A DNA stretch of 64,000 nucleotides from Eledone cirrhosa (taxonomy: Eukaryota): NCBI GenBank assembly GCA_964016885.1, contig OZ024742.1:245706001-245770000 (forward strand). The letters are read 5' to 3'. A model generated the notes under the pieces. The model was not told the origin of the DNA. It was given only the letters and a program-made list of their open reading frames with translations, and searched no databases. This document shows, piece by piece, positions 11,948-25,300 of the stretch. Both the position numbers and the translations under genes were made by a program. The first letter of the stretch is position 1. Every line of letters starts with the position of its first letter.

Positions 11948-14900
11948 CAGGACAGTTTTGTCGCCCTGCGCGCATCTCGGACATGCCCAGCTGACGGCAC
12001 TTCCATACCTGTAGAGTTTATCCTGAACTGGCAAAGCTCCTCGGTAGCATTGCCAGGCCAGGGAAGGGATTTCTGAAAGTTGTCCAAAAGGCTCCGGCCC
12101 GAAAGTTCTCCCGAAGAGATTGGCTAGTTGATTTCCGTCGATGCCCAGAGTCTCCCCTAGTATGTCGTTGCTCTTCCCCTCCAGTGATCCTCTATAGAAT
12201 GACAAGGTGGAGTTTCCACCGATCGCATTGCCCGACAGGTCTCCAAGCACTCCCATCTCGGTCTTCGCTTGACCCAGGACTGCAGGAGACGAGCTGGGGA
12301 AATATGCATCTAGCAAACGGTGACCACACCTGATCACCGTCAAGGAAGAGGTGGAGATGTAGCCTGAGCGTGTGTCTGCGCATCATCAGCCACGGCATGC
12401 CCAGCCCTCCACGTAGCGGGTGTTGACAGCAGATGGACCGCCTGACCACCAGAGCACGTCCTTTCCACAAAAAGCGTAAGAGCAAACGCTCCAGCGCAGC
12501 CAGGCGAGGTTTAGGACAAGACACGACAGTCAGGTGGTAGTAGATGGCAGACGTGATGTACATATTCTCCACCTCCGCTGCACCTTTCAGAGATAGCTTC
12601 CTCTCTGCCCATTTCTGGGTGAGAGAAGTTTTCGTCCCAGTTTTTGTCCGTCTGGAGGTCCGGATCGAATCAGACTCTAGCAATTTAACCGGTCCGTCCA
12701 TCCAGCGCCCGATGACGCTGTTGGACGGCATGGACCTGCCTCTCTAGGTGCCGAGTTGCAGGCCCACTGACTTTTCCTGGTTGATCATTGTTGCTGTCAC
12801 CGCTTCGTTTAGTGTAGTGCCAATTGCCTCGATGTGTTTGGCGCTCGACACCACTACGGTGGCGTCCTCTGCATAAGCTGACACTGTTCTTCCGCATCCC
12901 AGTTCACGCAGGGCCCCCCTCAACGTCTCCAGTTTGTGCAGTAATGGCTCGATAGTCAATACGTACAACAGGGTGAGAGGGGACATCCTTGGTGGACCGA
13001 GCGCATGATGTTGAACGGTTCTGAAAGGTAACCATTCACTCTCACCACAGAGCAGATGTCGCTGTGCATGGCAGCGATCCAGCCTCTGAAGACGGGCCCC
13101 AAGCTAGCCGCCCTCCGGACTGCCGCCAGATAATGATGGTCAACCCTATCAAAGGCTTTCGACTGAATTGATCAAAGACCCACCCGTGCCAGGTTCCCTA
13201 GCTACCCTCTCCACGATGTATCACATGAGGTGGAGGTTGTCGTGGATGGATCTGTTTGGAATGGCACATGTCTTCGCCTCTCCTACCGGACCACCAACGA
13301 CAAGCGCCAACCTCTTTGCTAGCACCTTGGCCAAAATCTTGAACTCTGTGTTTAGCAGAGTTATGGGCCTGAAATTATCTATGTTATCCGCCTTGTTCGG
13401 ATCCTTTCTCAGCAGCGCCACCGCTCCTCGGCTCACAGCTGGGACTGCTGCCAGTTGCAGTAGACGTCCGAACAAGTCAGACATGTGTACGTAAAGTTTG
13501 TAGAGCAGACCATCCAAACCAGGTGATTTACCACTTGTGCAGCCTGTCATTGCCTCCCGTACTTCAGCGGCTGTTATCGGCTTTTCGTAACACTCCGTCT
13601 CAGTGGCCAAGAGCCGCGGAAGTCTGTCGAGGTAGGCACTAAAGTCCATCCTGCGATCCGGCCACCTGCTGCCCCCGAACAGCTGAGCGAAGTGTCGCTG
13701 AAAAGCTTCCCACATTTGCCCGGGATCGAGTAGCATGCGCACGTCGTGGTTCGGATCGTGGCTTTGCTGCCGCGACGTGCCGCTGCCACGACGTGCCGCT
13801 GCCACGACGTGCCGCTGCCACGACGTGCCGCTGCCACTTGGGCCCATCGAACAGCTTTCGTCCCCTCATGTCTGAGAGCATGCACCCTAGATCTGGCAAT
13901 GCAGCCTTCGTGCTTTGCATTGAAGAATAGGCCAAGGGCAAATTTCACCGCAAGCACATCGTTCACGATGCCTTTACTAAGCGCCTCGTCTAATTTTCTA
14001 ACTAGTTCTCCCTCTGCTCTATTTATCTCTATTGCTAACGCCTTACTAAACCTAATGGACTCTATTCTAATCGCTCTTTTCAGAGCAAACCACTATTTGT
14101 TGTTCGCGATGGACCACGTCAATGCCCGCTTAACTAGTTCGCTAATCTGGTCTCTGTAGGCCTTGCGTGCTGTTAACGACGCGTCTAGCTTCCAGTAGCC
14201 GGGTCTCTGTCTAAGTCAATCACACAGATCACGAATTTGTGGTCCGTGTAGTCGACTATCTTGAATTGTGGACAGCCTATGCTAGACCTATCTATTTCCC
14301 TACAAAATACCTTATCTAGATATGATCTGGATGACACGATGCGGTTTGTCCATGTCCATATTGGCACATTCGGGAAATCCAGACGGTATCTGTCAGACAT
14401 TTGAAAACGTCTGAGCAGGTTTGCAAGGCTTTTACACCCTCCTTCCCTATCTGCTAATCCCACACAGTCCCAGCGTGCTTCTAAGATCCCGTTCCAGTCG
14501 CCCACTAACACTAAAGAGTGGGACATTCCAAGAAAGGTTTCCAAACACCGGAAGAAATCGGGCTGCCCTGCTCCTGTCAGGGCATAGACGGTAACTAGCC
14601 TGAAAGCTTGCCCTTCTCCGCTGGTCACGTCCAGCACCATCAACTTACCTTCTGGGTCCAGGAAGATGGTCCGTATTACGAGATCCAGACCTCTCCGAAA
14701 CAACACAGCGACTCCGCCTCCCGATCCCGGCTGGCTTGGAGATGCATACACATCGTAACCAGTGAAGATGGGTGCGAAAGCATGTACCTCGGAAATTCTG
14801 GTCTTGCTGATGGCCACCTCATCTATGTTCATTGACCTGAGGTCGTTGAGCAGGTGGCCCTGCTTCCATGACGACCCCAGGCCACGCACATTTATGCTGC

Positions 14901-16849
14901 CTATTCTGAGTAAGGTCATGTTGAAAAGGAGTGGAAAAGGATGGGAAAGACCACTTACCTCACTTCTTGTGGCGGAAGGATGGTTTTTCCATCCTTCTCA
15001 CTGTTTGTGGCCCCCTCCGGAAAGATGTCTTTATATATATCCTCCTGGAAAGTGTTTGTCGGAAGTGTTGTGTATGTTTTCTGTGTGATATGAGTGATTT
15101 GTATGTGTGTGGGTGTTGTATAGTCTTTTTCTGAGATGCTGGTGTTGTGTTGGATGTAGTGTAATAATTGTTGTTCAAATTTAATGCCGTGTAGTGTGTA
15201 TCGGTTTGGTTGCTTTGTTTTGTTGTGGGTTTGTTTCTGTTTCGCTTGTTGGTGAATTTTGTGGTGTTGGGGTTGATGATGTTGATGGCGTTGGTGTTTG
15301 TGGTGATGGGGCTGGTGATGCTGGTGTGGGTGGTGGCATAGCTGTCTTAACCTTTTTGTTAGTTTGTTTGTTTGTTTCGCCCTGCATTTTGTTTTTGGAG
15401 GGTGAAGGAAGAGGATTTTTTCTTTTCTGGTTTCTTTATTTTTTTTTCCAGATACAGTTTCCCACTCCTCGTCGTCACAGTCTGTCTTCAGTTGTGAGAG
15501 GTCAGGGAGTAGAAAATCCTCCATAGGCATTGGTTTTGGTTGTGGCGTGGTGGATGGTGGAGGCACTGGTGCTAATTCTGGCGCAGTGGGTGGTGGTGGT
15601 ATTAGTCTTGCTACTGTTGCTGTTGTCGTTGCTGCTACAGTTGTTGCTGCTAGTTTTGATGGTTGAGTCAGTGGGGTGGGCAGGAGAGGAGGCCTCAACT
15701 TTTTAGCCTGAGGGCAGAAGGCCTTTAGGTGGGTTCCTTCGCCACAAACGACACACCTAGGCCTTCTACCCTCAACGATTACGGTGAGGTGGCTGCCGTC
15801 ATTGAGGTATTCCACCTCTGGAATTTCCTGTATGTTTTTTGGTCCGCTTGGATCAGGAGCTCCATCCCAGATCCGAATCAGTTCTCCTGTTTTACTTTGA
15901 TCACCTCGATTACTTTTGTGTTAGCCTCGATGTTGGCAAGGACAGCAGCCATTTGCCAGAGAATTTCAATGGCTGGCGGAAACTGGGTCACCCTGATCCT
16001 TACCAGCCTCTGAACGCAATAGCTAGGGACGAGTGTGAACTCGTCACTTTTTAATGGGGCCATGGAGTGCTCTCTGGCTTCCTGTGGGGTTCCAAAGAAC
16101 ACGTCCACGGTTCCATATTTTTGTCCACGTCTGATGTGGGTTTTTTGAGCCCACACATGTCCCAAAGCTTTTTGGATCTGGGACTTGGATGCCCGCTCCA
16201 CTCGGCGTGTTTATATATTTATTGTGCGAAATGATACGGTGCATAGGCACCGATGCTCCATGGTATGAGATTAGTTTCAGTTGTGGTGGCGTTCGGCGTG
16301 GAAAAGTCCATTTTGGGAGAATCCATTTCGATGTCACGAGATAATAATTTATTTTTTGTTTCCGTTGTTGCTGTGGTGGTGGTGGTCTCAGTGGTGTTGG
16401 ATGTACTCTTTGACATTGTGGTGGTGGAGATGGCGGCTTTAACACCTTTAGACATTGGTAATGGCGGGAAATCCATGTCTGCACGTGACAAATCTAAATA
16501 ATTGCCACTGCTGTTGTTGCTGTTTGTGAAAATATTTTCGGTTTTGGCAACAGTAGCAAGGTTTACAATGGTGGTGGTGGGAGATGTTGCTATGTTAGAA
16601 CTGCTGTTAGCAGATTTGGGTAGCCGAATGCCATCCATGTTTTTTTTTTAAGGAAATGTTTGTTTGATAAAATAAAGTTTAAATTTTGGGCTCAAGGCCT
16701 CAATATTATTGAGTGTCCTTTTCAGAAAGCAATATATATGAACTTATAAACACTTAACAAAAATTTTCCATAACTGGCAAGTTGAAACTACTGAAAACAA
16801 CAAACCTTTGTGGAGCTCACGATAATACAATTTCCTACATAGGTCACCA
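11948..16849 (-). mobile_element. Tx1/L1-clade non-LTR retrotransposon, decayed and missing its 3' end
   Basis: ORF1 pieces with zinc knuckle RPRCVVCGEGTHLKAFCP; APE 14185-14919 (SINVRGL, GDWN, LDKVF, TDH); RT pieces (KSPGLDGL, FRPITLLN, AYAED); C-terminal CPRC..TVLH. Confidence 0.92.
13766..13837. repeat. 16-bp tandem repeat (GCTGCCACGACGTGCC, ~4.5 copies) within Tx1 ORF2
   Basis: Read directly from the sequence. Confidence 0.9.
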
Positions 16850-16935
16850 ATAATAATAATAATAATGCTTTCTTTATAATAATAATAATGATAATATTTT
16901 AAAAGGATTGACGTAACTTTTCACAAAGGTAAATA

Positions 16936-17370
16936 AACAATACGAAGAGCGTGATGTGATTGCAATAGATATTTTATTGGTTGAACGATATCTCGACAGC
17001 TAGTCTGTCTTTGTCAGGTTCAAAACGAAAAATGATAAAAATTCCAAATTATAGAACCCGTGTTCCCATGAGTAAAAAAAAAAGAAGAAAAGAAAAAAAA
17101 GAAAAGGAAGAAGAAGAATATTTAATCAAATAGTTTTGTGTAAATATGATGAAATTCTCCTGTCATTTTGTTCATTCCTCCAGGGTGTGATGTTAATAAC
17201 CCACAAACATATCTCTCCTCATACATTTTGAGTACCGAAAGTGTAGCAGATTCAGAATATTTTCTGAGAATATGCACTTTCAAGTTTTTTTCAAAATTGC
17301 AGCCATTTGATATAAAATGTTCGGCAAGTTCTATCATCTATTGCAATCACATCGCGCTCTTCGTATTGTT
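16936..17370 (-). mobile_element. Truncated PLE with inverted termini, GIY-YIG C-terminal remnant and degenerate hammerhead
   Basis: 35-bp inverted repeat 16936-16970 / 17336-17370; ORF 17122-17337 (AEHF...EERYVCGLLTSHPGGMN); hammerhead relic 16981-17023. Confidence 0.75.
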
Positions 17371-17589
17371 AATAATCTAAACTATAATAAAGAAAGGAGT
17401 GCGGGACAGCGTCCAGAATATACTTTTTTACACTGTTTGTAAAATAAGTTGGATTACTTTGAATAAATAATGAATGAATATTACATAATTTATCTACTAA
17501 ATTTCGTGGCTGTTGATTAAATATATTTTATAGCTTATTTAAAGATTCACTTCATTAAAATTGTCAAATGTCAACAGTTCTGGTTCTCT

Positions 17590-18010
17590 CAGACTCAGAA
17601 GCTCCTGCGTCTTGCGACGCATGAGGCAATCATAGTGTTCCATCACATTTGGTCAGCAGCCAGTTGCACAGCGTCCCGCCATTGTCTGTTTGTTGCTCGC
17701 AGGTCCCTCTCAACTGTCTGGAGCCAGTTCATTTTGGGTTGCCTTCTCCGTCTGCTTCCCTGCAGGCTCCATTTAAGTACTTGGTTCGCCAGTCTCTCCG
17801 GGGGAAGTCTCAAAGCGTGTCCAAACCAGCCCAGGCGTCGCTTGCAGATGGTAGAAGAGACTAGCTGCTGGTTGGTGCGGTTCCTACCTTCCTGGTTTGT
17901 TACATGGTCACTCCATTTAATCCCCAGGATCTTTCGCAGACATCTGGAATCGAATGCGTCCAACTTCTTCTCTTGGCTGGTCTTAAGGTGCCATGTTTCA
18001 CTTCCGTACT
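17590..18010 (-). mobile_element. RTE-type LINE 3' fragment, a different family from the main RTE
   Basis: CLRKILGIKWSDHVTN...RRLGWFGHALR...GSRRRRQPK. Confidence 0.85.
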
Positions 18011-18326
18011 TTTGGTTAGCGGCCGTTATATTATAACACTTATAATCGCATATATTTCTGTCGCTAATTTTCTCCTAATGCAGTTTATATATAATATCGT
18101 CTTTTTTTAAATGTATCATGGATTACCTTACTGATTACAGAAGACAGTGTAACATAGACTTCATTCAATTTCTGTGTATATTGTCAGTTACGATTTTATT
18201 TACATGCATATGTATTTGTGTATAATATCAATATACACACTACACATGCCAGCAGAAAACCACCCGAAGGGTGATTTTTCTGCTAGTAATAATAATAATA
18301 ATAATAAAATGCTTGTTTGTTTGCAG

Positions 18327-18442
18327 GTGTGAAGTTCTGCGGTTTTTACTATCCAATTTAAGATATTGGGTTGAAGAGTATAAGTTTGATGGCTTTCGCT
18401 TTGATGGTGTCACATCAATGTTGTATCACTCCCATGGAATAG
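18327..18442 (+). CDS. GBE1: GBE1 exon with the catalytic nucleophile ([38 protein letters not shown])
   Basis: ttgcag acceptor and G|gttggt donor; 116 nt; GH13 region II (GFRFDGV). Confidence 0.97.
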
Positions 18443-18587
18443 GTTGGTACTCTGACTGTGATTAATATTTCATTCATGTACTTCAATGTTTGTTCTTACT
18501 CTTGCCAATATTGCTAAGGTGCAGGTGGTGGATTGGCAGAATCATTAGAGCATTGGATAAAATGTTTTGCAGTATTTGTTGCAACTC

Positions 18588-20432
18588 TATAGCAAAATAC
18601 TTGTGTGTATGAATATAACAAAAGACGTGGTTTGTGTGTATAATATTTAATCAACAATTTGTGGTTATATAGAACAGTATAGTTGACATGTCAATGAATA
18701 GATGAAAGAATGAAGCAAAGTTATTAGTTACCATTTTGTTGCCAGGCGAACGCGCCTGGCCGAAGGCCAGGAGCTGAAAGGGCAAATGAGAGATAGGGAG
18801 CTGAAAGTTATTCCCTTTATAGGGTTCTGCCACCCCAACGGGAAGCAACTCCAGCTACTTCCTGTCTAGAGAGCGTTACTCTATTGGTGATGTTTTCGTC
18901 ACAAGGGAGGCAACTCTTGCTACATTATCTCCCGCCAGATTTTTAAAACATAAAAATCGAATGAAACATGTATGGAGTAAGATGGCGATAATGTTGTAAC
19001 AGGCATGAAAATTACGAAAAAAAATGTTTGCAATAATAGGAAAACAGCAAAATATATGCATGCAAAAATCAATGATAGATATCAAGGTAGCCAACCGCTC
19101 TTGGCCAGAGAACGACTGGACATCTATCTATCCATCACCCAAAGGTACAATGTAATAAAAATAAGAAAAGAGCTCAAAGTTTAAATGTTCAAAATACAGT
19201 TCACAGGTGTGCAATCACATGACAGCAGGAAAGAAAGTGTGTTCCAGAGAATGAATGCAGGTGGTTTCTGGTCTGTGGTATAACGTGAAATTTCCAACCT
19301 CCGAATGGATTTTCTCACAGGAAGAGTGCTGCAAAAATAAATTCTCTGACTTGTTCTGCTGGTTTTGGTTGTTGATGAAGCTGTGTTGCTGTTGTCTCGC
19401 GGAGTGAGTGTATTCGATGTTTAAATTCACAGTAAAAAATTTTTCAAGAAAAATTGAGTTGCACAAAGTGCTAGAAATAACAGCCGAAGTTGATGGTCGA
19501 TGTTGAGAATGCGTTGACCTGGAAGGGTCAAGAGGCCAGCGACCAAAGAAATAAGCATTCTCAATAAATGCGCAGTTTTCAACGGCAAATTTACGTGGTA
19601 AATTTTTAAACCGGCAAATAGGAGAATATAGCTTAAGGCTGGAGAATCCCTTGGCGAGAAACGTTATCTCTGGCATGTGGTTATCTCTGGCGTGTGGTTA
19701 TCTCTGGCGTGTGGTTATCTCTGGCGTGTGGTTATCTCTGGCGTGTGGTTATCTCTGGCGTGTGGTTATCTCTGGCGTGTGGTTATCTCTGGCGTGTGGT
19801 TATCTCTGGCGTGTGGTTATCTCTGGCGTGTGGTTATCTCCGGCGTGTGGTTATCTCTGGCGTGTGGTTATCTCTGGCGTGTGGTTATCTCTGGTGTGTG
19901 GTTATCTCTGGCGTGTGGTTATCTCTGGCGTGTGGTTATCTCTGGTGTGTGGTTATCTACGGCGTGTGGTTATCTCTGGCGTGTGGTTATCTCCGGCGTG
20001 TGGTTATCTCTGGCGTGTGGTTATCTCTGGCGTGTGGTTATCTCTGGTGTGTGGTTATCTACGGCGTGTGGTTATCTCCGGCGTGTGGTTATCTCTGGCG
20101 TGTGGTTATCTCTGGCGTGTGGTTATCTCTGGCGTGTGGTTATCTCTGGCGTGTGGTTATCTCCGGCGTGTGGTTATCTCTGGCGTGTGGTTATCTCTGG
20201 CGTGTGGTTATCTCTGGTGTGTGGTTATCTCTGGCGTGTGGTTATCTCTGGCGTGTGGTTATCTCTGGTGTGTGGTTATCTACGGCGTGTGGTTATCTCC
20301 GTGAGTCGAGAATTGTGCTGCCTACACATGCCAAAACAAGGTTAAGTTGAAAAATAAATATTTCTATTGCGCGAGAAAATGGCGCGAAAATGATAGTGCA
20401 ACAGGTCGTTGGCAGCCGCAACTCTTGCTACA
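18588..20432 (-). mobile_element. Non-autonomous LTR-element relic inserted in a SINE
   Basis: ACTC TSD; termini TATAGCA...TGCTACA; left LTR 18588-18924 shares GGGAAG(C/T)AACTC(C/T)AGCTACTTCC..GTCTAGAGAGCG with the Gypsy LTR; only ~15 bp of the other LTR remain; SINE halves rejoin across it. Confidence 0.7.
19663..20301. repeat. 17-bp minisatellite (GTGGTTATCTCTGGCGT, ~37 copies)
   Basis: Head-to-tail units without spacers; a few recurring variants. Confidence 0.97.
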
Positions 20433-21009
20433 ACTCTTTACATTCTGTGTTCGAATCGTGCTGAGGTCAACTTTGCCTTTCATTAGCCTGGGGCCGATAA
20501 AATAAAGTACCTGTAAAAAGCTAGGGTTCATTTAATTGCTGACTCTGTACCTAAATTAGAAGTGACTTGTTGTAGGACAGCGAATTGGCCAAATGATCAG
20601 AATATCAATTATATATATATTATGTATTAGAATATCTTGCTATGTGTTCTGCTTCACCGCCGATGCCAACACATGCACATATATTAAAAATTTTAACATG
20701 CTTAAGTATATTTCATCATCATCATCACCGTTTTACGTCCGTTCTTCCACGCTAGCATGGGTTAGACGGGTTGTCCTGTTGTGTGCAGTGTCTGGTCGGC
20801 TGACCATGCCTTGCTCATACAGGAACTGATCTGGCTTGATTTCTACAGCTGGATGCCCTTCCTAACACCAACCTCATTTACAGTGAGTGCTGGGTGCTTT
20901 TTCGTGGCGCCTACACGTCCACTTTACAGTGTGGGCTGGGTGCTTTTTTGCCGTGGAACCTCCACGACCACCTTGCGGTGGGGGGTGTGGGGGCATATTG
21001 TTTATATGC

Positions 21010-21305
21010 TTCAGCATGTACCCATGGGAGGTTGGGTACTCTGTATTACTGCGTGACGCCAGAAGTCATGGTCGTGTGTCATTGTCTTTGAGAGGTGTAA
21101 TTGGGTAAGGTCGGCTTTTATCACCTCATCCCAGGTCATCTTGGGTCTCCCCACTCCGCGGTTTCCATCAACTTCTAGTGCTCTGCACCTTTTTATGCAG
21201 CTGTCATCCTTCATACGCATCACATGTCCATACCAGTGCAACCGCCTCTCCTGCACACAGCATTTGATTCCTCTTATGCTCAGTCTCTCTCTCAATCTCT
21301 CTCTC
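21010..21305 (-). mobile_element. RTE LINE 3' fragment
   Basis: [30 protein letters not shown], homologous to the C-terminus of 48650-51718. Confidence 0.88.
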
Positions 21306-22019
21306 AAATTTATACTACGTATTCATAGTGTGAGTGAAAGAGTGAAACAAAACCTACTTTACTGTCTTAAAAATACTGAATGTATTAATAAAATTGTTTA
21401 GTTTGCAGCAGTGAATGGTTTGCATGAATTTTTTATGATTTTGGAAGAGAAGATAAGGTCATGATTAATGTTAATACTATTATTGGTAGGTCAGTGAGTT
21501 GGTAGAGTCATTGCTGGACAGATTTTACGGGTAAAACCAACTGGCAGGAGACCCTGGGGTAGACCCGAAGCAAGATGGATAACATCCATGAGCTCGGTTG
21601 GTCTCACTTGGGAATCCAGCCGAATCAATTGGAGACAGTTGTGTCTTACAGGACCTGCTTGAAGGTGTGTTTGAGGACTGCCAAATCAATGGGTGGCAGT
21701 AGTTCCAGCTGCACACATTGGAAGACTGGTGTAGTGGTTCTGAGAACAATGTGGCTTTGCAGATGATCAATGCAAATTGACAATGGAAAGGTGCTCCTGC
21801 TCGAGTTAGAAGAGAACTATTGACCTTCAGGAGAAGCAGTGACCCCTGATTGTATTCAGCATCCGAATGAAGTACACCAAATCCAATGCTCCTAGGGGCG
21901 ACCCTGGTTCTTTTTATTTGCGAGTGTAAACTCGGCCAGATTAGATTATACATACTGAGTGCTCATTTAGTTAATGTAATATTTTAAACTTTATGGTACC
22001 TTAAACACCCACTCTATTG

Positions 22020-22057
<38 letters not shown>

Positions 22058-22257
22058 TAAGCCCCATATAAATGTGGTATATATATATATATAGTTGAAA
22101 AAGGGAGTAAAGTTCCATACAAATTGAAGATCATAGGTAAAAAGTAAAAGTGAAAAAGCACAGTGGTATATTTAAAGATTATCTTTTTCTTTAATTCGAC
22201 AGTATAAATATTTTTATATATATATATTGTTTTTCTAACCCTTCCTTTTATTTGTAG

Positions 22258-22385
22258 ATCATGGCTTTTCAGGTCACTATGATGAATATTTTGGTTTGAA
22301 CACTGACACAGAATCTCTGACCTATATAACCCTAGCCAATTATATACTACATAAAATATACCCATTTATGATCACCATTGCAGAG
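22258..22385 (+). CDS. GBE1: GBE1 exon ending in the catalytic acid/base Glu (HGFSGHYDEYFGLNTD...MITIAE)
   Basis: ttgtag acceptor and GAG|gtttgt donor; 128 nt; not in the ORF track, translated by hand. Confidence 0.96.
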
Positions 22386-23167
22386 GTTTGTTGCACTAGT
22401 TTTTCATCTTACATATTTTAACTAGAGGACCTGTACCATCAATATTGGCAGCAATAGCATTGAATCATCATCATCATCACTGTTTTATGCCCATTTTCCC
22501 ACACTAGCATGGGTTAGACGAATTGTCCTGTTGTGGGAAATGCTAGGTCAGCTGACCATGTCTTGCACATACAGAACTGATTTTGGCTTGATTTCTACAA
22601 CTGGATGCCCTTTCTAACACCAACCTCATTTACAGTGATTCATCATCATCGTTTAATCTCCATCTTCCACGCTAGCATAGGTTACACGGTTTTGTTCCTT
22701 TTGATGCAGGAATGGTTGGGAGACTGTCTTGTTCATACGGAAGTGTCTCTGGGAGCCTTTTTACCGTGTATCCTACACCACCTTACAGTGTGGACTGTTG
22801 TGTTATCAACATAGTGGACGGAACAAGAAAGGGAGGAAGGGGTAGGGTGTGTGGGGTGGGGTGTACATTGGGTTAAGAGGTGCCTACTGATTGTAGGTTT
22901 GTATGCAATGGCAGTCAGGTCTTCTGTACAATTGCATGGCGCCAAAGATCTTGATCCAGTGTCATTGTCTTAGAGAGGTGTAAGTGAATATATTTATATA
23001 TAAAGTCTAAGTGGTATACCTTATATACCAGGATTACTGGATATATGATCAATCATACATTTTTATAAATTAATGGTTTGCATAAGAGAAACCCTATAGT
23101 TTGTGTTGATTACTGCCACATGGAAATATTTAAAGATGAGAATGGTATTTTAATAATGTCTAGGATA

Positions 23168-23470
23168 TCATCATCATCATCATCAGCGTTTAACGTCCGT
23201 GTTCCACGCTTGCATGGGTTTGGACGGGGGTAGTCCCACTTGAGGCAAGAGTGATTGTCTTGCTCGCATAGGACTGTCTGGCAGGTTTTCTACAGTTGGA
23301 TGCCCTTCCTAACACCAACCACATTTACAGTGTGGGTCTGGGAGGTTTTTACCGTGTTGCCTACACGGCCACATTACAGCGTGGACTGTGTGTTTTTTTG
23401 TCGTGACACCTACACGATCTCATTTGTTTCGGCCTCGATGGCGCGGCACCAACATAACTTTACATAGAAC
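23168..23470 (-). mobile_element. RTE-derived SINE (near-identical copy at 54091-54302; relative at 23887-24180)
   Basis: (CAT)n tail, RTE 3' end and GGATGCCCTTCCTAACACC motif. Confidence 0.8.
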
Positions 23471-23849
23471 GGGGTGGTGTGGATCGGGTGGGGGTGGTGG
23501 GACGGGGTGTATTTGTTAGAGATGCCTACTGGCTGGAGTAGGTTTTACTATATATTTAGGTAAGGCGGGTCTTCTCTGTTACTGAGTACCGCCAAAGGTC
23601 TAATTACATAAATGTTCAGCATATATGTACAAATGACATACAGGTTTAAATGTATGAATAACTTTGGAGAAATAACTATTTATAGGTACACATGTAGAGT
23701 TAGAACTTAGGACCTTGACATTCATTGGATAGTGAACTTATAGTAGCAACATGACTGAGATAGGAAATGCATTATTTGCATGTGTGTAAATTTTAAAGAG
23801 TTACACACACGCGCACACGCACACGCACACGCACACACACACACACACA

Positions 23850-23889
<40 letters not shown>

Positions 23890-24237
23890 TCATCATCGTT
23901 CAACTTCTATCTTCCACGCTAGCATGGGTTTAGACGGGAATTGTCCCACTTGAGGCAAGATTTGGTTGTCTTGCTCGTATAGGACTGTCTGGCAGGTTTT
24001 CTACAGCTGGATGCCCTTCCTAACACCAACCACGTTTACATTGTGGACTGGGAGGTTTTTACTGTGTTACCTACACGGCCACATTACAGTGTGGACTGTG
24101 TTTTTTTTGTCGTGACACCTACACGACCTCATTTATTTTGGATGTGGTACCAACATAACTTTACAGAGAAAGGGGTGGTGTTGATATATATATATATCAT
24201 CATTTTATTGTCTGCTTTTCCTGCTAGTAAGGGTTGG

Positions 24238-24269
<32 letters not shown>

Positions 24270-24365
24270 GTGTGTGTGTGTCTGTAACTCTTTAAAATTA
24301 TGTTCTTATCTGTGAGCAAGCATGTGAATCTCCAGAGTAACACAACTCACTATTTAGCCATAATG

Positions 24366-24409
<44 letters not shown>

Positions 24410-24614
24410 ATTAAATGTTGTAGTTTGCTTGAAACATTGTATATAATATATAATGTAGAAAGTGATAGAAGGCTTAACAATGCAAAATTGACAATAAGAT
24501 GAAGGTAACAAAAAATTTAGTTACCTGGTAATCTTTGTTTGTTTTAGTTGTTTCTTTTGTCCTAATAGGACTTAAAATTCCCTTCATCAGAGTATAAAGA
24601 ACTCAGAGAAAACT

Positions 24615-24958
24615 GAAATATGCGTGAACGACCAAGCATAGATGAGTTGAGAGAGAAACTGTGTATAAGAGGGATAGGCTGTAGTGTGCGGGAGGGAAGA
24701 CTGCGTTGGTATGGACATGTGATGCACATGGAGGATGACCGCTGAGTAAAGAAGTGCCAAGAAATCCCAGTAGAAGGAAGACACAGCCGAGGAAGACCAG
24801 GAAAAACATGGGCAGAGGTGCTGAGAGCAGACCTCAGATCACTGAAGCTCACGGAGGAGATGACAAAGGACCGTGACTAATGGAGAGATGCTGTGCTGAA
24901 TAGGACCCATCTCGTACCCTTGCAAGCAGGGAAAAGCGGACGTAAAATGGTGATGATG

Positions 24959-24961
<3 letters not shown>
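24615..24961 (+). mobile_element. RTE LINE 3' fragment with (TGA)n tail running into (TA)n
   Basis: High nucleotide similarity to the 3' end of the full-length RTE. Confidence 0.9.
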
Positions 24962-25037
<76 letters not shown>

Positions 25038-25300
25038 TATAAAGAGCTGTGACTCGATGGCTGAGCTCTTGCCATTTCAATAGCTCAGCCGTCGGGTCCC
25101 CACTCTTTATAATATAATCATACTCTACTACCCCAAGTATTGAGTACTCTGTTCAGTAATGGTCTAATCCGTTTCAAACTGAATCCATCCTGACTCTTTT
25201 CTTATTACCCACTCTACTACCCTAAGTATTGAGTACTCTGGTGCGTTTTGGTCCACCTGGTATCTTACCACACCCTCTTTGTTATATATATATATATATA

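Noticed and set aside
19663-20301. 17-bp array as a CRISPR array, a repeat protein or phage lambda operator-like sites (TTATCTCTGGCG)
   Set aside because: No spacers or cas genes, eukaryotic context; ORFs open in all three frames are a by-product of a stop-free unit; the short operator resemblance is coincidental
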